DNA of 64,000 nucleotides, taken from contig NC_068982.1 of NCBI RefSeq assembly GCF_001194135.2, positions 149,016,105 through 149,080,104 on the forward strand. Direction: 5' to 3'. Source of the stretch: Octopus bimaculoides. Taxonomy: Eukaryota. The position numbers and the translations under genes are program-made. The notes under the pieces are model-generated. The model saw only the letters and a list, made by a program, of their open reading frames with translations. It ran no database searches and was not told the DNA's origin. Shown here one piece after another: positions 1 to 10,399 of this stretch; positions within the stretch are counted from its first letter, which is position 1; every line of letters starts with the position of its first letter.

Positions 1-139
1 CTCAGATCAAGATAATTTTCAAATAATTTATTTTTCTTATCTTTTAGGGAGACATTTCCCATGACATCATTATCAGGCACCTTGGATGAGAGTTGATGGT
101 GTTAGAATGGGTAATGGATTAAATCTACTACTCAAGTTG

Positions 140-420
140 ACTGTAGTATGACTTGAACTCAGAAGGCAGCCAGACAGGATTTCAACTGCGGTATGATTTG
201 AAATTAGAAGGAAACCAGATGGGATTAATACTGTAAGGTATTTAGCCCTTCATTCATCAGTTCCACTAATTCACTGCCTTGTGCTGGTAGTTCATTTATC
301 AAAGCTGATAGGATGAAAGGTGAAAATTAACCTTGGCAGGATTTGAAATCAGAGTGCAGAAAGTCAGAACAAATACTGTATGGTATTCTATTTGACAGTT
401 TAACAACCCTGCTAATATGT
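140..420 (-). mobile_element. Degraded fragments of tRNA-derived SINE family A (Meta-like central domain)
   Basis: Reverse-oriented 'ggatgaaaggtgaaaattaaccttggcaggatttgaaatcag' matches the better-preserved copies at 16.0 and 28.7 kb. Confidence 0.5.
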
Positions 421-750
421 CTCAGTGGGGACAAAATCAAACAAATGGTTAATTTATTCGATTTATTCATTGAACTCACATATGCAGAAAAAATAAAATT
501 TGTCTTTATTTTTGGTAAAATTGTTTGTTTTTTCAGTGGTGAGAAATGGAAGAAGAAAGTGAAAAGTAATAAAAGTAGTAACAGATTTACTAAAGTCTTC
601 AGTTGGTAGATTTACTTCTGCTATAAACATATTTTATTTTATTGACTGCTGTTCCTTCTACCACAGAAAGCTAATTATTTTGCCAAAACTTTAGTCAGTA
701 AAACAGTAAATTCTGCTGTTTGCAAAGTAAATATATTATTTTCCACTGAA

Positions 751-970
751 CCCATTAGCATTCAGATGACTCAATCAAACGTAATGTTTATTTATCCACA
801 TTGTTTTGAATTAATCATGAATAATCTCATAGCTTTGAGATTTTGATGATGTGATTGCTTATTTTAAGAATTGTATTGTAGGGTAGGTGTGAGAGGCTGG
901 ATTTGGCTAGCTTTAACATAAGACAGGTAGAATATTTGAACCGGATATGGCCAGTTTAAATGCTAAAGAG
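751..970. mobile_element. piggyBac-type MITE (about 220 bp)
   Basis: Ends CCCATTAGCATT...AATGCTAAAGAG form an imperfect TIR, flanked by TGAA (left) and TTAA (right), like a TTAA TSD. Confidence 0.55.
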
Positions 971-1357
971 TTAAATATTTATGGAAATACAACAACTGTG
1001 AATTTTAAAAAGAATTCATGAAGACATTGTTCATTGTGATTGAAAATAATTCAGTGAAACTTATCATTTGCTACTATATTTTTTATGCATAAAGAAGTCT
1101 TGGCTAAGATATTTCACTGAAATGTCATGTTAATATGGCGGACAAAATTATAATTCAAAAATTTCTCTTTGACATTCAACATCTGCCACAAATATTACTA
1201 TTATACACACACATATTCAAAAATATGAGAGTTTTTATGCAGTTACCTAACCTCTTAGAAATAGTAGCCAGGTTTCAATAATCCAGAAAGACACAGTGTA
1301 ATGATGAAAACAGAACCTTGGTTTTATAAAGACCAAATTTATTGAGTACATTGAATA

Positions 1358-1423
1358 GGTATACATACATACATACATACATACATACATGTATACATAT
1401 GTGGGTGTTAGATATATACATGC

Positions 1424-1458
<35 letters not shown>

Positions 1459-1470
1459 CAGATACAGGTA
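1358..1470. repeat. (TACA)n and (GATA)n microsatellites
   Basis: Direct reading of the sequence. Confidence 0.95.
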
Positions 1471-1479
1471 TATAGACAT

Positions 1480-1647
1480 ATGGCATTAGGAAGGGCATCC
1501 ATCTGTAAAAACCATGCCAAGACAGACAGTGTGGCAGCTTTGGTGCAATCCCCTTGGCTTGCCAACTCTTGACAAACTTTCCAACCCATGCTAGCATGGA
1601 AAGCAGATGTTAGATGATGATGATGATGATGGTGATGATGGTGGTGG

Positions 1648-1682
<35 letters not shown>
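1480..1682 (+). mobile_element. 5'-truncated RTE LINE 3' UTR copy with (GAT)n tail
   Basis: ggcattaggaagggcatcc...ccaacccatgctagcatggaaagc...(gat)n; homologous to the UTR attached to the RTE ORF end at 56.8-57.5 kb. Confidence 0.85.
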
Positions 1683-1683
<1 letters not shown>

Positions 1684-1744
1684 GACATATATATAAGAAT
1701 AATGCAATAAAATAATAACAGAAAAAAGTCATTGTTATCATATG

Positions 1745-2345
1745 CATCATACCAAAAAAATTTCTCTATTGTGTATATAATATTCATTAATTATAATTAG
1801 AAATATTTCAAACTTTAGAATAATGTAATGAGAAATTAATCAATATTCAGTTTGTTAAATTAAATGTTTGTAGTAAACATATTTTTTAAAACACTGATTT
1901 ATGAAGTAAAAAAAAAATTAAAAACTACATCAATACCACATGCAACCATAACATGAAAGCAAAGAGTTTACTTATATTCCATGGTTTTTCTATTCCTCTC
2001 TATTACAACTACACTTTGATAATGCATACTTTATACAACAATAGAGGAATAATGAAATAACAGGAAAAATAATTTCCAACATGTAAAGATACCAAAAAAA
2101 AAAAGTTCTTTAGTGTGCATATATTATTTACTAATTATATTATAAAATATTTCAAGTTTTGGAATAATATAATAAGAAAATAATTAATATTCGGTTTGTT
2201 AAATTAAATGTTTGTAGAAAATATTTTTCATCACCAATTTACTATTTATTAGATGATAAAAGTATAAACAATATCAACATTATCTGCGATCACAACATGC
2301 AAGACAAAAAATTTACGAAGATTTCATAATTTTCCATCTCTCTCA
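1745..2345. repeat. Diverged tandem duplication, period about 345 bp
   Basis: 'ataccaaaaaaa...gtttgttaaattaaatgtttgtag' occurs from about 1748 and about 2089. Confidence 0.7.
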
Positions 2346-2856
2346 ATTGCAATTGCCTTTTGTTCAAGTATATTCAATGAATGTCCAAATATGAATGAAC
2401 AAAGTAAAATATCATGCAGAGAAACAACAAGAACGAGGCAGCGAGCAAGGAGACAGTGAATGAATGAAACAGAAAGGGGAAAAAAAAAATCTAAGATAAG
2501 CAATCGTTATTTGGTGAAAACAAGCACGAGAGCAATTTTCTCATGAGCAGCAAGCATGTATATTCGTTCCAAAATAGTGCATGAGAACAACTTCCTCATG
2601 AACAGCATGAATGCATGTTAAGAGAAGATGCTGAGCAACATATTCAAGCAGGAGTACAACTTTCTCAAGAGAATATATATACAATTTTACACATTGCTGA
2701 CACAGTACTTTATTTCAGCAATGTACAATACACTTGAAAAAAAAGATATTGATTCCTCATCATGGATTGGACAAGAATGTAAAGGCATTCTTTCTATATT
2801 AATGCTGTGAACAAAAATGTAAGTGGGAGAAGTCTCCTGCTGGACGAAGTTATACC

Positions 2857-3050
2857 ATCATCATCATCATCATTGCTTAATGTCAGCTTTCCATGCTGGC
2901 ATGGGTTGGACGGTTTGACTGAGGACTGGCAAACCAGATGGCTACACCAGACTCCAATCTGATCTGACAAAGTTTCTACAGCTGGATGCCCTTCCTAATG
3001 CCAACCACTCCGAGAGTGTAGTGGGTGCTTTTTACATGCCACCAGCCCTG
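2857..3050 (-). mobile_element. RTE 3' UTR copy
   Basis: (cat)n...ttccatgctggcatgggttggacgg...ggatgcccttcctaatgccaaccactc. Confidence 0.9.
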
Positions 3051-3549
3051 CTACCAAGCCTTAAGAAGAGTTAAAAAGAGAGACAAACAGAAAAAAGGAA
3101 AATGTTCCTTGTATTTGAAAACTATGGAAATATTTTAAAAAAACATTTCATTTAATTTTTCCACAACTTAATTCTTTTTCATGCTTTACTGAAAAAGGTG
3201 CAAAGACTGAAACTGGTATTAAAATGTTCTTCATGATAAAATTATTTTAGCATTTTCTACCCTGTCTTCTTTTCCNNNNNNNNNNNNNNNNNNNNNNNNN
3301 NNNNNNNNNNNNNNNNNNNNNNNNNNNNNNNNNNNNNNNNNNNNNNNNNNNNNNNNNNNNNNNNNNNNNNNNNNNNNNNNNNNNNNNNNNNNNNNNNNNN
3401 NNNNNNNNNNNNNNNNNNNNNNNNNNNNNNNNNNNNNNNNNNNNNNNNNNNNNNNNNNATATATATATATATAAATGAATGAATAACAACAGATGGGTGA
3501 TGTGTCAAGTCACAATAGCTCTTTCCAACGAATTTTTAATTGATTAATG

Positions 3550-3740
3550 GAAACATTACATCATTAGAAAAAACATTTCCACCAGGTGAATACACGACCC
3601 ACAATATTCAAAAACATTCTAATTCCAATGAGTTGTGCATCCTCATGATTCTATGACTAGTTGGATTTTGAACGTTTTTGAATGTTGTGGGTCATATAGT
3701 CACCTGATGAAAACAGTTTTTCCTAATGATGTAATGTCTC
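3550..3740. repeat. Foldback / hairpin MITE-like inverted repeat
   Basis: Arm 3550-3628 is about 80% identical by eye to the reverse complement of 3661-3740; 32-nt spacer. Confidence 0.8.
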
Positions 3741-4076
3741 TATTACAAATTTGTTGGAGACACCTATAGTGAATTGACAAATCATGTCTATTGTTATTTA
3801 TTAATTTATTATTCACCTCTCTTGGAACCTGCTCCTAGAATAGATCCAAAGTCTATTATGGACCATACATTTATTGCAATGTGTGTTTCTTGATTAGTTC
3901 AGGACTATTGATATACTCAGTCAGGTACAGTTATTCGTATACATAACTTGAATATCTTTCAGCCTGTACTTTTGGTACCCACGTATATATTCATCCATTT
4001 TTGTTGTGTACACATTTTACTTTTCAACCTGACTTGGTGCCTTACCATTTAAGTGCCTGACTCACTTGAATCTTGA

Positions 4077-4127
<51 letters not shown>

Positions 4128-4131
<4 letters not shown>

Positions 4132-4566
4132 AAAATATGTGACACTTATTCAGTAGCCATGATAAAACTCCAAGTTTCAGATGCCAGGGTGGGGGGTCCA
4201 CACCAACATCTCTTCAGTTATCCAGCCATTTGACAAAACGCATCTAGAACTGCGTATATTATCGCATGCATGCATATATCCATACACACACGCACATATC
4301 TCAATATACGCATGCATATATATACATACGCACGCATCCACGTGCACACCCGGAAATGCACACATATAAAGTTCCTTGTATGTGTCTATAAGTGTCCGAA
4401 AAACGTTTGGAGAAGAGAAAACAGAAAACTATATGTGGAAAAATACAAAAAAACACATTAACCCTATAACTATGTAAAAAACATAAAAATAATTAAAAAA
4501 TATAATAATATAAAAATATAAAATCCAGGTAAAAAGGTGAAAAAAACTTTGTCACATATTTTTACA
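4128..4566. mobile_element. Hammerhead-bearing unit bounded by a 17-bp perfect inverted repeat
   Basis: TGTAAAAATATGTGACA (4128-4144) and TGTCACATATTTTTACA (4550-4566). Confidence 0.55.
4161..4222 (-). ncRNA. Type I hammerhead ribozyme motif
   Basis: Minus strand: GAUAA-CUGAAGA-GAUG[UUGGUGUGGACCCCCCACCCUGG]CAUC-U-GAAAC-UUGGA-GUU-UUAUC. Stem I is 5 bp; stem II is about 13 bp with wobbles; stem III is AC/GU; there is one extra U before GAAA. Confidence 0.7.
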
Positions 4567-4639
4567 GATAAATTCCTCTATTTGCATAATATCGAGGTCT
4601 CTTTCTTTCTTTTGTTGCCATTCCTGTCAAATATATATA

Positions 4640-4873
4640 CATATATACCATTTCGAGCGTGGCCGTTTTCGTGCGGGTGACACGTAAAAGCACCCACTAC
4701 ACTCTCTGAGTGGTTGGCGTTAGGAAGGGCATCCAGCTGTAGAAACTCTGCCAAATCAGACTGGAGCCTGGTGTTGCCATCCGGTTTCACCAGTCCTCAG
4801 TCAAATCGTCCAACCCATGCTAGCATGGAAAGCGGACGTTAAACGATGATGATGATGATGATGATGATGATGA
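4640..4873 (+). mobile_element. RTE 3' UTR copy (well preserved)
   Basis: gtggttggcgttaggaagggcatccagctgtagaaac...gcggacgttaaac(gat)n. Confidence 0.9.
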
Positions 4874-5022
4874 TATATATATCGAGAGTATGAGAGGTAT
4901 TGGTGTCAAGAAGACCCAAAGGTGTCAGATAATGCTGAGTAAGTGCTTTGGACAGACTATAGTTAAGCTCCAGGTTCGATGATGATACGAATGAGAAGTC
5001 CAGCGTAGGTCATATATTAGCA

Positions 5023-5068
<46 letters not shown>

Positions 5069-5446
5069 NNNNNNNNNNNNNNNNNNNNNNNNNNNNNNNN
5101 NNNNNNNNNNNNNNNNNNNNNNNNNNNNNNNNNNNNNNNNNNNNNNNNNNNNNNNNNNNNNNNNNNNNNNNNNNNNNNNNNNNNNNNNNNNNNNNNNNNN
5201 NNNNNNNNNNNNNNNNNNNNNNNNNNNNNNNNNNNNNNNNNNNNNNNNNNNNNNNNNNNNNNNNNNNNNNNNNNNNNNNNNNNNNNNNNNNNNNNNNNAT
5301 ATAAATGTTCTGAAAACTTTCGCAAGCTTGGATTTTTTATCTCATTCTGTTAATTTGTGTGTGTGTGTTTGTGTGTGCATGCAGGCGTGTGTGTGTTTGT
5401 GTGTGCATGCAGGCGTGTGTGTGTGTACAGACAGACAGACAGACAA

Positions 5447-5503
<57 letters not shown>

Positions 5504-6298
5504 AATACGTACATGTTCATGGCTGGAACATCTTTGATTATATGTGTGCATGGTCAAAGTTGAACTGGATCGAAACATGAACAGCAATTCTCAATGAGTA
5601 GAAATGTTAAATCAACTGTGACAGAATTTGAAATCTGAATGAATAGTGATGAAAATGAATACCATTAGGTGTCTTGAGTAAAACCCTACCTTTTCTATCA
5701 CTGCATTATTTTAATACAATTTACCCACTAGCTGCTCTTAATTAAAGCTCAGTCACTATGTATTGTGCGATATTGAACTTCCAATAATGATGTAAGCATT
5801 TCCATTTAAAAGAAAGCAATCTGGCATGACTTTTTGGTTTTCTTCTTAATAAGAATCAGAAGTGAGAAATTACTTGTGAAAACAACCTGCATACATAGAT
5901 CACTGAACAAATGTTTGGTAAAGTAAAGCACAGTAGCGTTAAATTGGAAAAGGCATTGTCGCATAGATATATTTGGTTTCTAGTGGGTATTGCTAGGCTG
6001 CAGGTTACACTGTCAGAGCCATTATTATTGAAGTGAAAGATATCAATTATTTTTTGTTTTGTAAAATAAATATGTGGTGATTTTGTTGATATATATGGCA
6101 AAGGGAATTTGTCTTAATCTATAAAACAGATAGATAAACTTAACCTTTACTTTTAAGACTGAAAGAGAAAGGAAGAGCCTACTTCATGTTTTATATTAGC
6201 ATGATCATACTTGATAATGCAGTAAAAAAAAATAACTTCATGATTTGAATTTGAATTTGAATTTTTGCTTTATATTTACATCTATCATTTTATATGTA

Positions 6299-7187
6299 CA
6301 GGGTGTTGTGAATAAACTGTGGTCTAAATTACGCAAAAATGAAAATAACACAGATATCTCATTTTAACAGATATATTTACCAAAATTAGATTAAAATACC
6401 TTGAAATACTAAAGAGTAAATTTATTCAATAAAATCGCCATTGGCTTCAACCACGGCCTCTAGACAACTTCAGAATCTTCTGCAATTTTTCTGTATGATC
6501 TCCTTGTTTAAGTTGGTCACTATTGCCATAATCCTTGCCTTCAATTCATCTTTGATGTTACAAGGAGTTTTGTTGGTCTCTCACTCAACTGCACCCCACA
6601 CATAACAATCAAGAGGGTTGTAGTCTGGAGAGTTAGGTGGCCAAATGTTAGGAATGATATGCTCACAGAAATTGTCTGACAGCCATAACTGGGTTCTCCT
6701 GCTTGTGTGTCATGGTACAGAGTCCTGTTGCCAGATGTAGGGTCTTCCAGCAGCCACCCTCTTGGCCCAGGGCAGGACTACTTCCTCTAGGTACTTGATG
6801 TAGGCCTCCGTGTTGAGTCTGAGGCTGTGTGAGAAGATGAATAGAGGCATAACGTCACCATCACTAGTGATTACTCCAAACATCTTGATGTTGATTGGAT
6901 GTTTAACTTTTATCACTCTCAGTACATGTTCTGGGGACATGGCAAGCCAACGGTTGTTCTATGCATTCACCAGCTTTTCGTATTGGAGCTTCCAGCACAA
7001 ATGCCAAATAGTACAGCATGTTGTTTCCAAATTTTGGGCAGAGTGAATTGCGTCATGGTTCTGTTTTCATCACAGACAGTGCCCAACTGACCTTACTATA
7101 CTGTGAAGAAGAAAAAATCAAAAACAAACAATGCGCATGCATGAAATTAAAAATAGAAAATGGTGACAACTTACCCATTGCACCCTG
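6299..7187 (-). mobile_element. Internally deleted maT (DD37D) Tc1/mariner element
   Basis: TA|CAGGGTG...CACCCTG|TA. The minus strand reads PYIWQQDSVP*HTSRRTQLWLSDNFCEHIIPNIWPPNSPDYNPLDCYVWG, with 37 residues between the second and third catalytic D. Confidence 0.9.
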
Positions 7188-7264
7188 TATATATATAGAT
7201 ATATATGTATATATATATACATATTTGGAGAGAAGATTTTTTTCTCAAAGAGTTAAAATTGAGA

Positions 7265-7440
7265 AAAGAATCTTTATGGCCTCAGACTCAAAACGGAGGC
7301 CTACATCAAGTGCCTGGAGGAGGTAGTCCTACCCTGAGTCAAGAGGGTGGCTGCTGGAAGACCCTATGTCTGGCAACAGGATTCTGCACCATGACACACA
7401 AGCAGGAAAACCCAGTCATGGGTGTCAGGCAATTTCTGAC
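7265..7440 (+). mobile_element. maT transposase fragment, inverted relative to the adjacent copy
   Basis: gcctacatcaagtgcctggaggaggtagt...gtctggcaacaggattctgcacc mirrors about 6660-6840. Confidence 0.85.
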
Positions 7441-7651
7441 ACAGATGCCATTTGCATGACGCCGGTTTTTGCCACAAATACAATTTTGCTCGGCTTGATA
7501 AGTCTTCTTCTCAAGCATAATATAATGCCAAGGGTCTCAGTCGTTGCCTCTGTAAGGCCCAACACTCGAAAGGAACTCAGCCACTTTGCCTCCATGAGGC
7601 CCAATGCTCGAAAGGAACTCAGCCACTTTGCCTCCGTATGACCCAACACTC
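7440..7651 (-). mobile_element. RTE ORF C-terminus fragment with a 42-bp tandem duplication
   Basis: Minus-strand translation ..SFRVLGLTEATTETL.. resembles the RTE end DLRTLGLTKAMTTDRDLW at 57.2 kb. Confidence 0.7.
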
Positions 7652-7687
7652 AATATATATATATGTATATAAAAGCTGTTAATAGCA

Positions 7688-7787
7688 CCCTGACTCTGAA
7701 GAAGTGGAAATTAACACTAAAATGCACACCAAGAAGCAAAATTTTGCAGTGTGCATGGAATTGCAACAGAAACATATGTAGGCGGAG
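7688..7787 (+). ncRNA. Hammerhead-like motif: core intact, stem I decayed, enlarged stem II
   Basis: CUGAAGA (7696-7702) ... GAAAC-AUAU-GUA (7769-7780) with a palindromic loop 3; internal UGCACAC/GUGUGCA helix. Confidence 0.4.
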
Positions 7788-7857
7788 AAATGGAAAGACG
7801 TGATTGGCAGCAGAATAAAACTGGACATATAAATCTCTGTTCTCCTTATTATTAATT

Positions 7858-7899
<42 letters not shown>

Positions 7900-7902
<3 letters not shown>

Positions 7903-8280
7903 CTGTGTGTGTGTGCAGCTGTGTGTGTGTGCAGCTGTGTGTGTGTGTGTGTGTGCAGCTGTGTGGTAAAGAGACTGCTTCCTAGCCACATGGCTTTAGG
8001 TCCAGTTCAACTATAGCCCTGACTAAATCCTTCTGAATGGATGTTAAAGATGGCAGCTGAAATAGATATATACACAGTTACACAGATATATATGTATGTG
8101 ATAGCTGGATGAAGAGAGACAGAGACAAAAAGAGAGAGAAGTACACTGGCATCTGGCTGGTACTTATCTTTAGATGAGTAGATTGGAGCAATGTGAAATA
8201 TGCTGAAGAACATAATGCACAGGAATCGAGCCCAAAGTCTTAATGTCATGACCTAGACACTAAAACCATTAGGCCACATT
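7900..8280. mobile_element. Two opposed fragments of tRNA-derived SINE family B (CORE-like)
   Basis: Plus-strand head 'agctgtgtggtaaagagactgcttcctagccacatgg..ggtccagttc' followed by a minus-strand degenerate copy. Confidence 0.5.
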
Positions 8281-8754
8281 CTTTCATAATAGCTTGCTAA
8301 TTATTAACATGATGATACAAAATGACTATAATAATGTGCAAGCAGTGAGCACGAACATATAGCTGCATTATAAAAATATATGGCAGTTAAGTAATATCCA
8401 TCATCTTATTTATAATTAGTGCAACTGCATTGACAAATCATCCATAACGATAGACACAGGTATATAGAAAATAGCTATACTAGGATTTGCAAATATTGTT
8501 ATCTATTGAATGAAATATATTATTGTACTCAAGAAAGTTGTTCATTATCTTAGCATAACATTGAAGTAATTTGCTCCTGCTATGTCAATAATAATTATGC
8601 TATTGTTGTTTTGTCATGGAAAATTATATCAGCTTTATTGTATGCTGGTGGTCTGTCAGTATGTTAAATTACAATATAATTTCCATGTTGTGATTTCCAA
8701 AGACTGCTAGAGGTTCATATTGTAACTTTATAATATCATTGTATTTCCAATGTA

Positions 8755-9060
8755 TTGAGAAGAAGACCCATCGAGTCAAGTAAAATCACAGTCGTGGCAG
8801 ATGCTGGTGTTACGCAAATGGCACCCATGGCAGTGGCACATAAAAGCACCCATTACACTCTTGGAGTAGTTGGCATTAGGAAGGGCATCCAGCCATATAA
8901 ACCATATCAAGTCAGACTGGAGTCTGGTGCAGCCTTCCAGCTTGCCAGCCCTGGTCAAACAGCCTAACCCATGCCAGCACGGACTGCAGACATAAAATGA
9001 TGATGATGATGATGATGATGACGACGACGACGACGACGACGACGACGATGAAGACGACAG
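8755..9060 (+). mobile_element. RTE 3' UTR copy
   Basis: ttggcattaggaagggcatccagc...aacccatgccagcac...(gat/gac)n. Confidence 0.85.
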
Positions 9061-9394
9061 GGGGGAGGGGCAGGGTGTGATATCTTGACAGAACATCATG
9101 TAGTGTTTCCAAGAAATCACAACACAGGTGATATTTGTCATCTATATTGTCAGAACCATAACTATACTAATGTACAGACACTCACATGCTACATGTAAAG
9201 ATAGACATAGCTATGTTACAGAAAACAGTAATATTAACATTTTTTAAGTAACACTAGAGCATTCTTATACAGTATTTGTTAACCTTCAACAATTTTAGGC
9301 ATGTTTTCCAAAATTAGCCTAATTCTGTTTCAAGAAATGAAATTCTTGGTGCATTTCTTAAACCAATGAATAATAATAAAGGTAATAATAATAA

Positions 9395-9820
9395 TAATAG
9401 TTTCTACTTTTGGTGCAAATCCAGCAATTTTGAGGCTAGGGCATTTTGTTAATCAAACCAACCTTAGTGCTTGACTGCTAATTTATTTTATTGACACCAC
9501 CCTCCCAGATGGATAAATGGCGAAGTTGACCTTGAACTCAAATGCAAAGACTCAGAACAAGACTCTTTTTTCAGATGCTCTAATGATTCTGCCAAGCCAC
9601 TGCCCTCTTTAACCAGTTCCTAATTTAGGCACAAGGCCAGCAGCTTTTCAGTGGAGAGAGTTAATTGATATTATTGACTCTAGTACTTGACTAACTCCTT
9701 ATTTAATCAACCCAAGAAGGATAAAGAACAATGCTGAACAGAGTAGGATTTGAATTCAGAAAGGAAAGGGTCAGAACATTTCCGTTTGATATGCTAACAC
9801 TTCTGCCAATCCACTATATG
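9395..9820 (-). mobile_element. Two degraded SINE family A copies
   Basis: Reverse-oriented gttgaccttgaactc and ggatttgaattcag segments. Confidence 0.6.
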
Positions 9821-10207
9821 ATAATTTGATATCAAATATGAAATGGCGGACTGATATTTTTCTCTTTATGAACAAAAACAATTCTTATTTTCCACAGCCA
9901 TCTCAATTGCAAATCCAGAGAGGAAAAAGTATCCAAAGTTCAAAAGATTATTGTATCTCTGACTAGGCTAAGGTTACTGAATGCTAAATAACTGGGGATT
10001 TAATCATTATAAATTTTGTTTTCTTTTTAGCTAAAGCATATCATAAATATAAATTGTGATTTGTTAAAATTCTCAAAATTTTAATAAGTGACAGAATTAA
10101 TGGTTATCAAAGTTGATTATTCTGACAGATCAGAGATGGTCTTCATTGCTAAAGTGATGAGTCAGGAAAATCTTTCACTTAAATGAAAAGTCCTTTATTT
10201 TGATGCA

Positions 10208-10361
10208 TTAAACAACCAATGGAAAGACAGGAAGAACAGTGGGAGGGACAACTAAGAAGGCCAGGAAAAGGAAAGTGGGTTGAAGAAATTCAGTTGCTTT
10301 TTCCTGAGTTGTCGACAGGCTTCTACAAGCCAGTAAGGAAGTATTTTCATAATAGCTTGGC
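10208..10361 (-). CDS. Candidate terminal coding exon with a hydrophobic, GPI-signal-like C-terminus; gene unidentified
   Basis: Strong acceptor ttggtttttactttttgcag, then PSYYENTSLLACRSLSTTQEKATEFLQPTFLFLAFLVVPPTVLPVFPLVV-stop, with AATAAA at 10199-10194. No homology recognised. Confidence 0.3.
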
Positions 10362-10399
10362 CTGCAAAAAGTAAAAACCAAATCACCCACACATCATAT

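Noticed and set aside
48-110. Exon-like segment after a tttttcttatcttttag acceptor
   Set aside because: All three frames contain a stop before the GTAATG donor, and no homology is recognised.
537-609. Possible terminal exon GEKWKKKVKSNKSSNRFTKVFSW*
   Set aside because: Only an acceptor and a short AT-rich frame; no recognised homology or linked exons.
1247-1787. Poly-His and YLSI-repeat ORFs (and similar ORFs at 11.2-11.8, 17.9-18.2, 30.0-30.7, 56.2-56.8 and 58.7-59.3 kb)
   Set aside because: Translations of microsatellites, or ORFs read through N gaps.
2400-2855. Decayed coding-like stretch faintly resembling a Helitron N-terminal region (KCKWEKSPAG)
   Set aside because: Similarity is too short and broken to support a call.
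4785-4800. CTGAGGA-CTGG-T-GAAA-CC in antisense RTE UTR copies as a hammerhead
   Set aside because: No stem II can form between the core halves, and stems I and III are absent.
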